Part shown: one piece after another, positions 45,395-55,781 of the stretch
Layout of the letters: each line of letters begins with the position of its first letter
Numbering within the stretch: the first letter of the stretch is position 1
Source of the DNA: an uncultured Mollicutes bacterium
GTDB taxonomy: Bacteria; Bacillota_I; Bacilli_A; RFN20; CAG-826
NCBI GenBank assembly: GCA_900540365.1
Contig: UQFN01000005.1
Location: forward strand, 21,231-85,230
Length of the DNA: 64,000 nucleotides
Direction of reading: 5' to 3'
Position numbers and translations under genes: made by a program
Notes under the pieces: model-generated
What the model saw: only the letters and a program-made list of their open reading frames with translations
What the model was told of the DNA's origin: nothing
Database searches by the model: none

Positions 45395-45447
45395 GAGAAG
45401 AGTATTTATGTAAAATATTGTTTTAACTATATTTAAGAGGGAATCTT

Positions 45448-45866
45448 ATGAAAAAAGGAAAAATTTTTTACTCTTAACAGGTATAACATGCGCATTAGCT
45501 CTTAGCTCATGCGAAAGTAAACCTTCTTTCGAATTAACCATTGATAAAGACGAAGGTGTTAACCAAGTTACTCTTTATGATAGTGAAACAGTTTTTAGTG
45601 ATTTAGAAAATATTAATTTAGAGAAGAAAAATAAAAATATTATTATTTTGTCAGAATCTTATTATTATTGTATCTTATGTGCTTATTCTGATATAAAAAC
45701 TAATGTTAAAGTATACGATAATTTATTAAAAATAAATAAAGACCGAATAATTATTGAATCTGAACTATATAGTGATTATTCAAAAATAACATCCCCAATA
45801 TTCGAATTACGTTGTTCATTAAATGAAAATGAAGCAGCTAAAATAATAAAAAAAATCGCTAAATAG
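45448..45866 (+). pseudogene. Small lipoprotein gene, out of frame after the start codon at a poly-A tract
   Basis: RBS AAGAGGG plus ATG 45448, but this frame stops at 45475. Adding one A to A6 (45451-45456) or A5 (45459-45463) gives MKK(R/G)KNFLLLTGITCALALSSC|ESKP... This reading is open to 45866 and contains track ORF 45648..45866. Confidence 0.65.
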
Positions 45867-45879
45867 AAGCGATTTTTTT
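45855..45879 (+). terminator. Rho-independent terminator
   Basis: ATCGCT-aaataga-AGCGAT followed by T7; overlaps the TAG stop. Confidence 0.6.
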
Positions 45880-45899
45880 AAAAATAAGCACTTTTTAGA

Positions 45900-46619
45900 T
45901 TATTTAGAAGATCCTTCAACTGCTTCAGTTTTCTTACTAAGATCTTCTTTTAAATTAAATGATGAGAATTCTTTAGTGTTTGGTAATTTTAAATCCCATT
46001 CATTTAATTTATTAAGTTTATATTGAATATTTTCACCACTTACTTTTAAGATATGTCCACCTTTAGTTAAATCCTTAGAGATGAAATGAATATGCCATCC
46101 TGGTAAGTTCATTCCTTCAACATAATTTGGGCAAAATACACCAACAACATATCCTTCAATGTCGTGATATTCAAATTCTCTTTGATCTTTAGCAACTTTA
46201 TAAAGAGGTTCATAAGGCTTATCTTGTTTAAAGCAAGATCTAACTCTAACATTAAACTTACCTTCCATTTTAATCATATAGAAATAGTTTGTAGAAACTA
46301 ACTCTTTTGATAGTAAAGTTTTAAAGTCTTCAATTGATTCAAAACTAATAACTTGTTCTTTAGCTTTTTCATCAAAGAAAGCTACTGTTGTAAATGGTAA
46401 GCTATCTTCTTCACTCATTTCGCTTACAACACCATTTGCTCTTCCATTATAAGCTTTTCCGTTTAAAATAATAGCTTCTCCATCAAGTCCATCATATGTA
46501 CCAATACCAGTATCACCATGTTTTAATAATTCTTTTACTGAACAAGTACCATTATAATCGCCTAACATTAAATCATTTAATGTAGAAACTTGAAATAATT
46601 TATTTGTTTTCATTTTCAT
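45900..46619 (-). CDS. budA: Alpha-acetolactate decarboxylase
   Basis: LFQVSTLNDLMLGDYNGTCSVKELLKHGDTGIGTYDGLDGEAIILNGKAY is colinear with AlsD/BudA. Confidence 0.85.
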   Translation of the reverse strand: MKMKTNKLFQVSTLNDLMLGDYNGTCSVKELLKHGDTGIGTYDGLDGEAIILNGKAYNGRANGVVSEMSEEDSLPFTTVAFFDEKAKEQVISFESIEDFKTLLSKELVSTNYFYMIKMEGKFNVRVRSCFKQDKPYEPLYKVAKDQREFEYHDIEGYVVGVFCPNYVEGMNLPGWHIHFISKDLTKGGHILKVSGENIQYKLNKLNEWDLKLPNTKEFSSFNLKEDLSKKTEAVEGSSK

Positions 46620-47844
46620 TCTCCTTTGTAATTTCTTCTTTATGTGATTTTATATGAAAAACCTTTTTAAAATATGTATGGTTATGGTGATGAGTTCTAT
46701 AGTTGTTATTTTCATCATAAACAGCTTCTAATAACTCAGGATGAGTTTCTTGGAAAACTCTTTTTGGATCAGATATTTTATCACCTTGATGGGTTTTAAA
46801 ATAAAAGTTCATAGTCCATTTTGTAAAGAAAGGTGACAAGATATTTGTGATTAAAAGGACAATTGCAAGAACAGCAACTGCACGAGAAATCATATCTTCT
46901 CCAAATGTTTCACCATTAAATGCAAAGCCATTAAACATTGCAGGAATTGATAATGCAACTCCAGCTAATGAAGCACTTCCTACACTAGCATATCCAGGTC
47001 TTTTTAAAGCAAAACGATCAACAATATAAGGAATAATTAAAGTAACAGCCCAGTATAATAAAATTGCTACTAAAACTGATAATAATACTTGTGCGTCAAA
47101 GAGTTTTGTTAAATTAATAGTACTTCCAAATTGGAATCCTAAGAAAGGAAGAATAATAGCATTACCACCTTTAAAGACATCTCTAATTTTTGGATCTAAA
47201 TTACCTAATAATACACCAAGTAAGAATGGAATAAGCAAAGAGAAAATTTGCATTATTTTTTGAGTTAATGATGTACTTCCTTCACCAAATGAACTAATAA
47301 AGATAAATGGTAATAAAGGCATTGAACATATTAACATAATAGGGAATGTACCAAGATCGCTTTTATCAGCATAAGGTTGAATAATACCCATATATAATGC
47401 AGCATTAGCACTTGTTAATATACAAGTTAAAGTTACAAAGTCAATTCCAGCAAATCCATTTAAGCCACAAACGACATAAACAATTGCACTTAAGACATAA
47501 GCAGGAATTAATCTAGCAAGAATAATCCAAATTCCTCTTTTACCAACTTCAACAAAATCATGAGGTTTAATCATTGTTCCTGTGCAAAATAGCATTAATC
47601 CAATCATCAACATTTGACCAGTTGATCCGAATAAATCTTGCATAGGATTTCCTAAATATTGCCATAACGTAACTCCATGTCCTAATTCTGTTGTACCTTC
47701 TGGAGCACCTAAATTAAATTCAATAGTTAATGTACAAATAATTGCACTAATTAATAAAGGTACAAACATAGTACCGGCTGGAATTTTATTTAAAAATTTC
47801 CAAATGCCAATACCTTTAAATTTCTTTTGTTTAACTTCTTCCAT
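46600..47844 (-). CDS. KdgT-family (2-keto-3-deoxygluconate permease-like) transporter with His-rich C-terminal extension
   Basis: N-terminal FLNKIPAGTMFVPLLISAIICT is KdgT-like, with about 10 TM helices. A ~60-aa tail contains THHHNH. The gene overlaps budA by 20 nt. Confidence 0.65.
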   Translation of the reverse strand: MEEVKQKKFKGIGIWKFLNKIPAGTMFVPLLISAIICTLTIEFNLGAPEGTTELGHGVTLWQYLGNPMQDLFGSTGQMLMIGLMLFCTGTMIKPHDFVEVGKRGIWIILARLIPAYVLSAIVYVVCGLNGFAGIDFVTLTCILTSANAALYMGIIQPYADKSDLGTFPIMLICSMPLLPFIFISSFGEGSTSLTQKIMQIFSLLIPFLLGVLLGNLDPKIRDVFKGGNAIILPFLGFQFGSTINLTKLFDAQVLLSVLVAILLYWAVTLIIPYIVDRFALKRPGYASVGSASLAGVALSIPAMFNGFAFNGETFGEDMISRAVAVLAIVLLITNILSPFFTKWTMNFYFKTHQGDKISDPKRVFQETHPELLEAVYDENNNYRTHHHNHTYFKKVFHIKSHKEEITKENENENK

Positions 47845-47852
47845 AATTTATA

Positions 47853-48953
47853 TTACCTAGCACTTTCTTTTAAATATTCTTTATTAATTGCATCAACAAG
47901 CAAAATGGCATCTTCTAATTCTTTAACTGAAACGTCACCACTAAAATTGTGTATTGATTCGCCATCAGCACAACTTGCTACAGCAACTTTATGAACATCT
48001 TCTTTTGTAATTCCAACTTCTTCTAATGTTAAAGGTAATCCAACACTATGCATAAATTCTCTAACAGTATTAAATTCTTCTTTATCATTATTTTCTAATA
48101 AAAGTTGAACAAGGGTACCATAAGCTACACAGCAACCATGCATTGCAGTTTTCTTTCCAAGTGAACTTACACCATTATAAAATGAATGAGCTACACATAA
48201 ACCACCATTATCAGCACCAACACCACTTAAATATGTATTAGCTTCGATAATAGCATCAAGTTCAGGGGTAACTAAATGGTTATCACAACTAATTTTTGCT
48301 TCTTTACCACATTTTAATAAAGTTTCATAGCAAAGTTTACAAAGAGCTAATGATGATAATGTAATTCCACCATTTTCTAATGATAATGAACTTGTTTTAT
48401 AGCATTCTCTTGCTTCAAAATAAGTTCCTAAAGCATCACCCATTCCTGCGACAAGAAATTTAGTAGGAGCATTTGCAATTACTAAACTATCAACCAAAAC
48501 AAAGTCTGGATTATTAGGATAAAATAAATAAGAATTAAACGTATGATCGTCATTATAAATGACACTTAATCCTGTACATGGAGCATCAGTAGCACAAACA
48601 GTAGGAATTATTGCAATACGTTTTTTCTCATAATATGCAGTTGCTTTACTTGTGTCGATAGCACTACCACCACCAACTCCTACAACGACATCAATTTTTT
48701 CATTACGGACGATTTCTCTCATCTTATTAATTTCACCAACTGAAGAAATTCCGCCAAAAATTTGATAAATTCTTTTCGTTTTAGAATCTTTAAATGATTC
48801 TTCAATTAAATCATGAGTTGACTTATAAGCACTATTTGAACATATAAAAAGATAGTTATTACCGAATTCTTTTATATTTTCATAAAAATGTTTCAATGCA
48901 TTAGCGCCTTGGACATATTTTAGAGGTGCTCTCATGAGTAATAAATTTTTCAT
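47853..48953 (-). CDS. gldA: Glycerol dehydrogenase (iron/zinc ADH family III)
   Basis: Colinear with E. coli GldA: YVQGANAL, GVGGGSAIDTSKA, TDAPCTGLSVIY, AGMGDALGTYFEAREC, EANTYLSGVG. Confidence 0.9.
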   Translation of the reverse strand: MKNLLLMRAPLKYVQGANALKHFYENIKEFGNNYLFICSNSAYKSTHDLIEESFKDSKTKRIYQIFGGISSVGEINKMREIVRNEKIDVVVGVGGGSAIDTSKATAYYEKKRIAIIPTVCATDAPCTGLSVIYNDDHTFNSYLFYPNNPDFVLVDSLVIANAPTKFLVAGMGDALGTYFEARECYKTSSLSLENGGITLSSLALCKLCYETLLKCGKEAKISCDNHLVTPELDAIIEANTYLSGVGADNGGLCVAHSFYNGVSSLGKKTAMHGCCVAYGTLVQLLLENNDKEEFNTVREFMHSVGLPLTLEEVGITKEDVHKVAVASCADGESIHNFSGDVSVKELEDAILLVDAINKEYLKESAR

Positions 48954-49063
48954 AAACGATTCCTCCTCTTACGCTAGAAATTTTATTACCAAAAAATATT
49001 GAAATAAATATTTTGATGTAATAAAATTCATATAGTAAATTGTGCTACTAGCCTAATTAAATT

Positions 49064-50248
49064 ATGGATACCTATCAAAAATTATTCGAAATATATATCA
49101 AGAGCATTTCCATTAATGATTTTGTCAAAAATATTACTAGAGAAATAAATAATCCTATTGCTTTAATTAACGAAAATTTTCAAATTATTTCTTATAGTGA
49201 TAATGATTTATATAATGATAGTTTTTATGATGAAGCAACCAAAATAGGCTTTTGGTCGTTAAGCTTTGCAAAAAAAATTACTGATGAATTTAAAGATGGT
49301 AGTGAATATAAGATTATTGATTATATTAACGAACATCGAAGACTATTTATTAGATTAACTTATGACAATAAGTTTGTTGGATATTGTGTAATCTTAGAAA
49401 TTAATAAAAATTTAGATAGTCTTAATAAAGAATTTGTTAAGGCCGCAAGTATTATTTTTGCTAAATCTATATATACCTTTGATCCAATTTCAAAAGACAT
49501 TAGTAATGAAACTTTTTTAATAAACTTAATCAATCATATTTACAATTCACGTCAAATATATTTAGAAAGATTAAAAAGATCTAATTTTCATCAAAATACA
49601 GACTCATATATTTTTATTTTTAATATAAAAAATATTAAAAACGAAAAAGAAGACTATTTTTTAAAAGCTCTACGCGAAATTGATTCAAAGCTTATATTAG
49701 TTCTTAAAGATGACTACTTAATATGTTATCTTAATGAAAACTATTCTTCATCAACATTTTCAAAAATAGATAATTTATTATTTACATGTCATCTTGATGG
49801 GATTGTATCTTCAAAAATACTTGATTTATATAAACTCGATGAAATTTTTTCATTAAATGTAAAGCTACTAACAGCATTAAATAATAGCTTTTTGGAATAT
49901 AAATTGTATAAAGAAGAAGATTATAAAATCATTCTTCCTTTTTTAGAAATAGATAAAAATATTTTATTTAGTTTTTTAAATGAAAAAATAGCTAAACTAT
50001 ATCATTATGATTTAATTAATAAGACTAATTATATTGATACTTTATATGCTTATATATTAAATGAAAGAAGTTTAAATGAAGCTAGTAAAATTTTATACCT
50101 ACATAAAAATACTATTTTGTATAGATTAGATAAAATAAAAAATATCGCAAACATTAACTTAGAAAATTATAACGAAAAACTTTCATATATATTTTCGATA
50201 GTGCTTTTATATTATTTATTAAATGAATTGCATAAAATAAATTTATAA
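49064..50248 (+). CDS. PucR/CdaR-family transcriptional regulator
   Basis: C-terminal HTH is SLNEASKILYLHKNTILYRLDKIKNI. Divergent from the gldA operon. Confidence 0.7.
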   Translation: MDTYQKLFEIYIKSISINDFVKNITREINNPIALINENFQIISYSDNDLYNDSFYDEATKIGFWSLSFAKKITDEFKDGSEYKIIDYINEHRRLFIRLTYDNKFVGYCVILEINKNLDSLNKEFVKAASIIFAKSIYTFDPISKDISNETFLINLINHIYNSRQIYLERLKRSNFHQNTDSYIFIFNIKNIKNEKEDYFLKALREIDSKLILVLKDDYLICYLNENYSSSTFSKIDNLLFTCHLDGIVSSKILDLYKLDEIFSLNVKLLTALNNSFLEYKLYKEEDYKIILPFLEIDKNILFSFLNEKIAKLYHYDLINKTNYIDTLYAYILNERSLNEASKILYLHKNTILYRLDKIKNIANINLENYNEKLSYIFSIVLLYYLLNELHKINL

Positions 50249-50361
50249 GATTAATTATTTAATAATTTTTAATTGATATTTCTTAAAAATATAAGGTTAA
50301 ATTTTTGTTATATATATTAATATTTGTCTGCTGATACATTAAAAAAGTGCTTTATTTTTAT

Positions 50362-50390
50362 AAAAAGTATGCAAAACTAAACTTTTTTTT
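50362..50390. repeat. Copy of dispersed ~28-nt intergenic motif (forward orientation, diverged)
   Basis: aaaaagtatgcaaaactaaactttttttt. Confidence 0.45.
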
Positions 50391-50892
50391 AAAATTTTAG
50401 CCAATTAATTAATATGTCATCAATATTAGATTGATTAACTTCATGTCCCTTAATTGCTAAACCATCTTTGATAATTGCAAGTGGATATTTACTTTTTAAA
50501 ATTTTAATAATATTTCCAAGTCCACTTCCTTCATGTGTAACTAATGGCATAATGATTTTATTTTCCAAATTTAAATTATCTAATAATGAATATATTTCAT
50601 AAGGATATTCACCAAAATAAATAGGTCCAGCAACAATAATGTAGTCATATTCATCAACATTATTTAAATATTGTTTTAACTTAGGTCTTAAATTGTTTTG
50701 CATGTTAAAGGGTGCTTCTTTTACACATTCTTTATAATTAGGAGAATATTCTTTAACAGGCTCACATTTAAAAAGATCGCAATTTATTAATTTTTTAATA
50801 TGATTTGCTAATACTTCTGTATTACCAACTTTTAAATTACCAACCGCATAATTTTCGTTTGCTCTTGAAAAAAATATTAAAATTGATTTCAT
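50389..50892 (-). CDS. Flavodoxin-family protein
   Basis: 167 aa. MKSILIFFSRANENY..GNTEVLANHI has the layout of flavodoxin_4-type proteins. Confidence 0.7.
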   Translation of the reverse strand: MKSILIFFSRANENYAVGNLKVGNTEVLANHIKKLINCDLFKCEPVKEYSPNYKECVKEAPFNMQNNLRPKLKQYLNNVDEYDYIIVAGPIYFGEYPYEIYSLLDNLNLENKIIMPLVTHEGSGLGNIIKILKSKYPLAIIKDGLAIKGHEVNQSNIDDILINWLKF

Positions 50893-50898
50893 AATACA

Positions 50899-52548
50899 TT
50901 AATATGACTTTAAATCATTATTCAAAGATTTAAATAATCTATATCCTCCAGCTAAATGAAAACAATCATAACCTTTTTGAGTCAAAATTCTTGCTGCAAT
51001 ATAACTTCTTAAGGCACTAAAACATATTAAATATATTGTTTTGTCTTTATTAATTTTAAATAAATTATCTCTTAATTCATCTAATGGAATATTAACACTT
51101 CCATTAATATGATCTGCATCATATTCTTCTTTAGTTCTAACATCAATTAACAAACTATTTTGACTTGAGATTATTTTATCTAATTCTTCAACATAAAATT
51201 GCTTAACAAGATTATTTTTTAAATTTTCAATCATATAACCTATCATATTAATAGGATCTTTTGCAGAAGCAAACGGAGGAGCATAAGATAATTCTAAACT
51301 ACCTAATTCATAGCCTTTTAAGTGCGCTTTTATGCATGTAGCTAATACATCAATTCTTTTATCTACACCTTCTTCTCCTACAATTTGCGCTCCTAATATT
51401 TCATAATTGTTTTTATTAAATAAAACTTTTATAAACAACATTTTTGAATTTGGATAATAGGTTGCGTGGTTATACGGAGATAAATATACTTTGTCAAAAA
51501 TTATATTCTTTTGTTTTAATTGCTCTTCAGATAAACCCACAGAACCAATTGATAAATTAAATAATTTTAAAATTGAAGTTCCTAGGGGTTTAATTTCATT
51601 AACTTTATTAAAAGCAAAATAAGACGCTAAATCTCTTCCTTCCTTATTTGCTAATCCGGCTAAAGCAATATTCACTTTTAAATTATCAAAGAAAGAATTT
51701 AAACAAATTACATCGCCAATGGCGAAAATATTTTCATCGTAAGTTTGATAGACATCATTTACGGCAATACTATTTTTAAAATCTAGTTTTAAATTTGAAT
51801 CAGCCGCTAATTTTGAATTTGGTCTGACACCAATAGCTTGAATTAAAATATCACTTCCAATTTCAAATCCATCTAATTTAGTTACTACGCAGTCTTCTTT
51901 TTCTTCAATACTTTTAACAATTTTGTTTAAAAATAAATTTATATTATTATTTCTAAGTTCTTCGTGAACAAATGTCGCTACATCTAAATCTAAATTAGCT
52001 AAAACATGATTTCTTCCTTCAATTAAATTTACTTTAATACCTAGTTTAATTAGATTCTCACTTATCTCTAATCCAATAAACCCTCCACCAATTACAGTTG
52101 CGGTGTGAATATTATTATTAATCACATATTCTTTAATTCTTAAAGAATCTTCAACTGTCTTTAATTCAAAAATTTTTGACGAGTTTGGAGTTAATTTAAT
52201 AGCTTCTGCACCTAAAGCTAGTATTAATTTATCATAAAAAAATTCTTTCTCTAAATTCGTTAAAAGATCTTTAACTATAACAGACTTTTTTTCTTTATTA
52301 ATCTTAACAACCTCGTGATTTACGAATACATCAATATTAAAACGTTTTTTTAAAGAATTAGGAGTTTGCAATGTTAAACTTGATTTTTCTTTAATTACCG
52401 AAGAAATATAATATGGCAGTCCACAATTAGCATAAGATACAAAATTAGATTTTTCAAAAATAGTAATCTTAGAATTTTCATCTAATCTTCTTAGTCTACA
52501 AGCAAATGATGCTCCAGCAGCAACTCCACCAACAACAATATAATTCAT
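50899..52548 (-). CDS. CoA-disulfide reductase / NADH oxidase-family flavoprotein fused to a rhodanese domain
   Basis: N-terminus is MNYIVVGGVAAGAS. The redox Cys lies in SYANCGLPYY. The second dinucleotide site is VIGGGFIGLE. The C-terminal rhodanese region is LLIDVRTKEEY...ICFSALRS. Confidence 0.85.
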   Translation of the reverse strand: MNYIVVGGVAAGASFACRLRRLDENSKITIFEKSNFVSYANCGLPYYISSVIKEKSSLTLQTPNSLKKRFNIDVFVNHEVVKINKEKKSVIVKDLLTNLEKEFFYDKLILALGAEAIKLTPNSSKIFELKTVEDSLRIKEYVINNNIHTATVIGGGFIGLEISENLIKLGIKVNLIEGRNHVLANLDLDVATFVHEELRNNNINLFLNKIVKSIEEKEDCVVTKLDGFEIGSDILIQAIGVRPNSKLAADSNLKLDFKNSIAVNDVYQTYDENIFAIGDVICLNSFFDNLKVNIALAGLANKEGRDLASYFAFNKVNEIKPLGTSILKLFNLSIGSVGLSEEQLKQKNIIFDKVYLSPYNHATYYPNSKMLFIKVLFNKNNYEILGAQIVGEEGVDKRIDVLATCIKAHLKGYELGSLELSYAPPFASAKDPINMIGYMIENLKNNLVKQFYVEELDKIISSQNSLLIDVRTKEEYDADHINGSVNIPLDELRDNLFKINKDKTIYLICFSALRSYIAARILTQKGYDCFHLAGGYRLFKSLNNDLKSY

Positions 52549-52651
52549 AATTTACTCCTTGGCTTTATTATAAGTAAATATAGAAATAGCTTCTAGATAA
52601 TTGCACTATAAATTCTTATTAATTATTATTAATAAAGAATGAGGTAATTGT

Positions 52652-53560
52652 ATGATAATTTGTGTTGGTGAAATTTTATACGATTGTTATGTGAATAAAC
52701 AAAATGTATGCGGTGACTTAACTATTAATGCTCATCCAGGTGGCGCTCCTTATAATGTAGCATGTAATTTAACATATCTAGGTGATAAGGTATGTTTTAT
52801 AGGAAATGTTGGTAATGATATTTTCGGTAAAGAATTAAGAAAACATGCTTTAAGTATGAATTTTCATCATATATCAATTTTAAAAAAATTTAATACAACT
52901 TTAGCACTTGTTTCTTTAGATGAAAATAATGAACGTAATTTTTCTTTTATAAGAAAAAATGGAGCAGATTTTCGATTTAAAAAATTACCTTTTAAACTAG
53001 TAAATAAAGCAAAAATAGTTCATTTTGGATCGTTGATGCTTTCAACAAAAGAAGGAAGAAATTTCATTTTAAAAGAATTAAATTTATTAAAAAAATCAAA
53101 TGTTTTTTTAACTTTTGATGTTAATTATCGAAATGAAATTTTTACTAGTCAAATAAACGCTAAGAACTTTTACTTAAAAATTCTTCCTTATTTTAATTTA
53201 GTAAAACTAAGTGAGGACGAAGTATTTTTTCTAACAAATTTAAACGATATTGATGCAGGCGTAAAAATGTTAAAAAAAGATTTTCAAATTTATATAGTAA
53301 CTTTGTCAGATAAGGGTAGCAAATTATATTATCAAGATAAGATTTATTTTGAGAATTCAAAAAAAGTAAATGTAGTTGATACAACGGGCGCTGGAGATGC
53401 CTTTTTAAGTGGAGTATTACATTACATAAATAATAAAGACATTAAATATAATGACGAATATTTTCACAACCTACTAGAATATGCTAATTGCTTAGGAGCG
53501 TTTAGTGTCACACACGAAGGAGCAATTTCTAATAAAATTTCTAATTATTCAATAAAATAG
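52652..53560 (+). CDS. PfkB-family sugar kinase (fructokinase-like)
   Basis: Motifs GGAPYNVA and DTTGAGDAF. Confidence 0.85.
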   Translation: MIICVGEILYDCYVNKQNVCGDLTINAHPGGAPYNVACNLTYLGDKVCFIGNVGNDIFGKELRKHALSMNFHHISILKKFNTTLALVSLDENNERNFSFIRKNGADFRFKKLPFKLVNKAKIVHFGSLMLSTKEGRNFILKELNLLKKSNVFLTFDVNYRNEIFTSQINAKNFYLKILPYFNLVKLSEDEVFFLTNLNDIDAGVKMLKKDFQIYIVTLSDKGSKLYYQDKIYFENSKKVNVVDTTGAGDAFLSGVLHYINNKDIKYNDEYFHNLLEYANCLGAFSVTHEGAISNKISNYSIK

Positions 53561-53582
53561 TTTACTTTTGCAGGGTTTTTTT
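53558..53582. repeat. Partial copy of dispersed motif (reverse orientation)
   Basis: tagtttacttttgcagggttttttt, starting at the kinase stop codon. Confidence 0.4.
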
Positions 53583-53653
53583 ATATTTTAAGGATTTTAA
53601 CTACATGAATATTTTAATTTAATTTAGTAAAAATAAAGTGTATATTAAATCAT

Positions 53654-54355
53654 ATGAAAAAATATTTTGAACTTATTGATTGCTTATTGTTATCTTATTT
53701 AGGTGGTTTTTTAGATGGATATTCTCTTTTGTTTAGAGGTAATAAATTCACCTGTATGCAAACTGGAAATATCATATATTTTGCTATTGATTTAGTTAAT
53801 AAAAATTATGATTCTCTTTTATTTCCATTTTATTTATTTATATGTTTTGTAGTTGGTTTAATATTTGCCTATCTTTTCGAATTTTTTCTTGTTAAATATA
53901 AAAAAGAAAAACTTGTACATCCTTTATTTTTAATAGTTATTTTGCTACTACTATTACCAAACTTTTTTTATGGAAAGACTAATGGAATTGATGACTCTTT
54001 AATTTGTCCTTTGTTAATGAGCATTTGTGGAGGTATTTTATTAGAGTCTTTTACAAAATTTAAGGTAAAATTTACTCCTACAATGATGACAAATAATACC
54101 AAACTAATGGTTAACTCATTTTTAGATTCTTTTTTATATAAAAATAAAAGTTACTTATATAAAGGCATAACATATATATTTGTTATTGTATTTTTTGTTT
54201 TTGGAGTAGCTTCATCAGCTTTATTAATAAACTTTACAGCATTAGCACAATATACAATTTTCCTTGCTTTTATTGTAATTATTCTTTTACTAGTTAATGA
54301 ATTAATAATTAATAAAATTTCAATTAATGAAATAAATTCCAATGATTCAATTTAG
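53654..54355 (+). CDS. YoaK/DUF1275-family membrane protein
   Basis: The LSYLGGFLDGYS motif near the N-terminus, with 6 TM helices. Confidence 0.7.
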   Translation: MKKYFELIDCLLLSYLGGFLDGYSLLFRGNKFTCMQTGNIIYFAIDLVNKNYDSLLFPFYLFICFVVGLIFAYLFEFFLVKYKKEKLVHPLFLIVILLLLLPNFFYGKTNGIDDSLICPLLMSICGGILLESFTKFKVKFTPTMMTNNTKLMVNSFLDSFLYKNKSYLYKGITYIFVIVFFVFGVASSALLINFTALAQYTIFLAFIVIILLLVNELIINKISINEINSNDSI

Positions 54356-54503
54356 ATATAAAATTTATAAATAAATCGTTTATCTAAACAATATAATAAA
54401 TAATTATAAAAAGGTTTTAAAAAGAATTAAATTTTATGAATATTAATATGTACATTTATTACTTTTAAAGTAAAATTTTAGTTTCTTTATATATAATATT
54501 TAT

Positions 54504-55070
54504 ATGAATTTTATAGGGACAAAAACTTTAAAAACAAAACGTTTAATTTTAAGGAAATTTAGTAAAAATGATTTAAACGATTTTTATGAGTATGCTTCTA
54601 ATTATGAAATTACCAAGTTTTTAACATGGAATCCTCATAAATCTATAAAGGAATCGCAAAATATTTTAGAAAATATTTTCATAAAATATGATAATAAAAC
54701 TTTTAGATGGGCAGTTATTTTAAAAGAGGAAAATAAATTAATCGGTTCAATTGATGTTATAAAAATAAATAAAATTGATGAGAGTGTTGAAGTTGGATAT
54801 GCATTAAACATTAATTATCATAACAAAGGATTTATGACCGAGGCATTTAAAGAAATTATTAACTATTTATTTAACGAAGTTAACGTTAAAGAAATAAGAG
54901 CTTGTTTCCAAATTGAAAATACTCCTTCTTATAAAGTAATGAAAAAATGTGGATTTAAAGATTTAAATTTAATAGTTGAGAAAATTTTACCTCTTAAAAA
55001 TAATAAAGTAGTTTATGTTAAATATATGACAATTAAAAAATATGAATATACTTTATTAAATAAAAACTAA
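54504..55070 (+). CDS. GNAT N-acetyltransferase (RimJ/RimL-like)
   Basis: TKRLILRKFSKNDLNDFYEY...VGYALNINYHNKGFMTEA. Confidence 0.8.
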   Translation: MNFIGTKTLKTKRLILRKFSKNDLNDFYEYASNYEITKFLTWNPHKSIKESQNILENIFIKYDNKTFRWAVILKEENKLIGSIDVIKINKIDESVEVGYALNINYHNKGFMTEAFKEIINYLFNEVNVKEIRACFQIENTPSYKVMKKCGFKDLNLIVEKILPLKNNKVVYVKYMTIKKYEYTLLNKN

Positions 55071-55073
55071 ATT

Positions 55074-55709
55074 TTATAACATAATTTGATCTATGATAGT
55101 TTTAATTTCATTTAAATTTTTTAATGGATAAATTTCATAATTTTCTTTATTTGTATAGATTATAAGTTTGCCTGAATTAAGCTTTCCATGCGTTTTAATT
55201 TGAACACTATCTATATCGTCGTAGTTAATTTCCCTAGTTTTTATCAAGGTTTTAATTTTAAGGCTATAATCATTATATTCAACAAGTACTTTTTTTAATG
55301 GAAAAATTGTTTTTATTAACATATAAACAATCATTAAAAGGAATGCAAAACATAAAATATTACTTAAAATCAAAGATACTAGTTCCACATTTTGATAATT
55401 TAAATTTAACATAATAATTACAAAAATAACAAAAAATAAGTAAATACTATATAAACCTATAAACCAAAATTGTTTATATCCAAGAGGTTTGTATATACTT
55501 GATTTATTTTCTTTATTAACTTCTAATAATTCACTTATTGAAATATTAAATTCTTTAGAAATTAATTTAAGTGTATCAATTGAAGGATAACTTAATCCTC
55601 TTTCATATTTTGATACAGCTTGTCTAGTTAAAAATAAACGTTGTGCAAATTCTTCTTGTGTAAGATTATTTTCTTTTCTTATTGTAATAATTTTTTCATT
55701 TAGTGCCAT
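55074..55709 (-). CDS. Membrane-anchored XRE-family HTH protein with C-terminal bacterial-PH-like domain
   Basis: HTH is LTQEEFAQRLFLTRQAVSKYE, followed by two TM helices. The C-terminal INYDDIDSVQIKTHGKLNSGKLIIYT is bPH-like. Confidence 0.7.
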   Translation of the reverse strand: MALNEKIITIRKENNLTQEEFAQRLFLTRQAVSKYERGLSYPSIDTLKLISKEFNISISELLEVNKENKSSIYKPLGYKQFWFIGLYSIYLFFVIFVIIMLNLNYQNVELVSLILSNILCFAFLLMIVYMLIKTIFPLKKVLVEYNDYSLKIKTLIKTREINYDDIDSVQIKTHGKLNSGKLIIYTNKENYEIYPLKNLNEIKTIIDQIML

Positions 55710-55781
55710 AAAATACCTCTATCAACTATTAGAAGTCAAAAAGAATAATAATCAAGAAACTATCGGTTGCAAATGCTTTTA

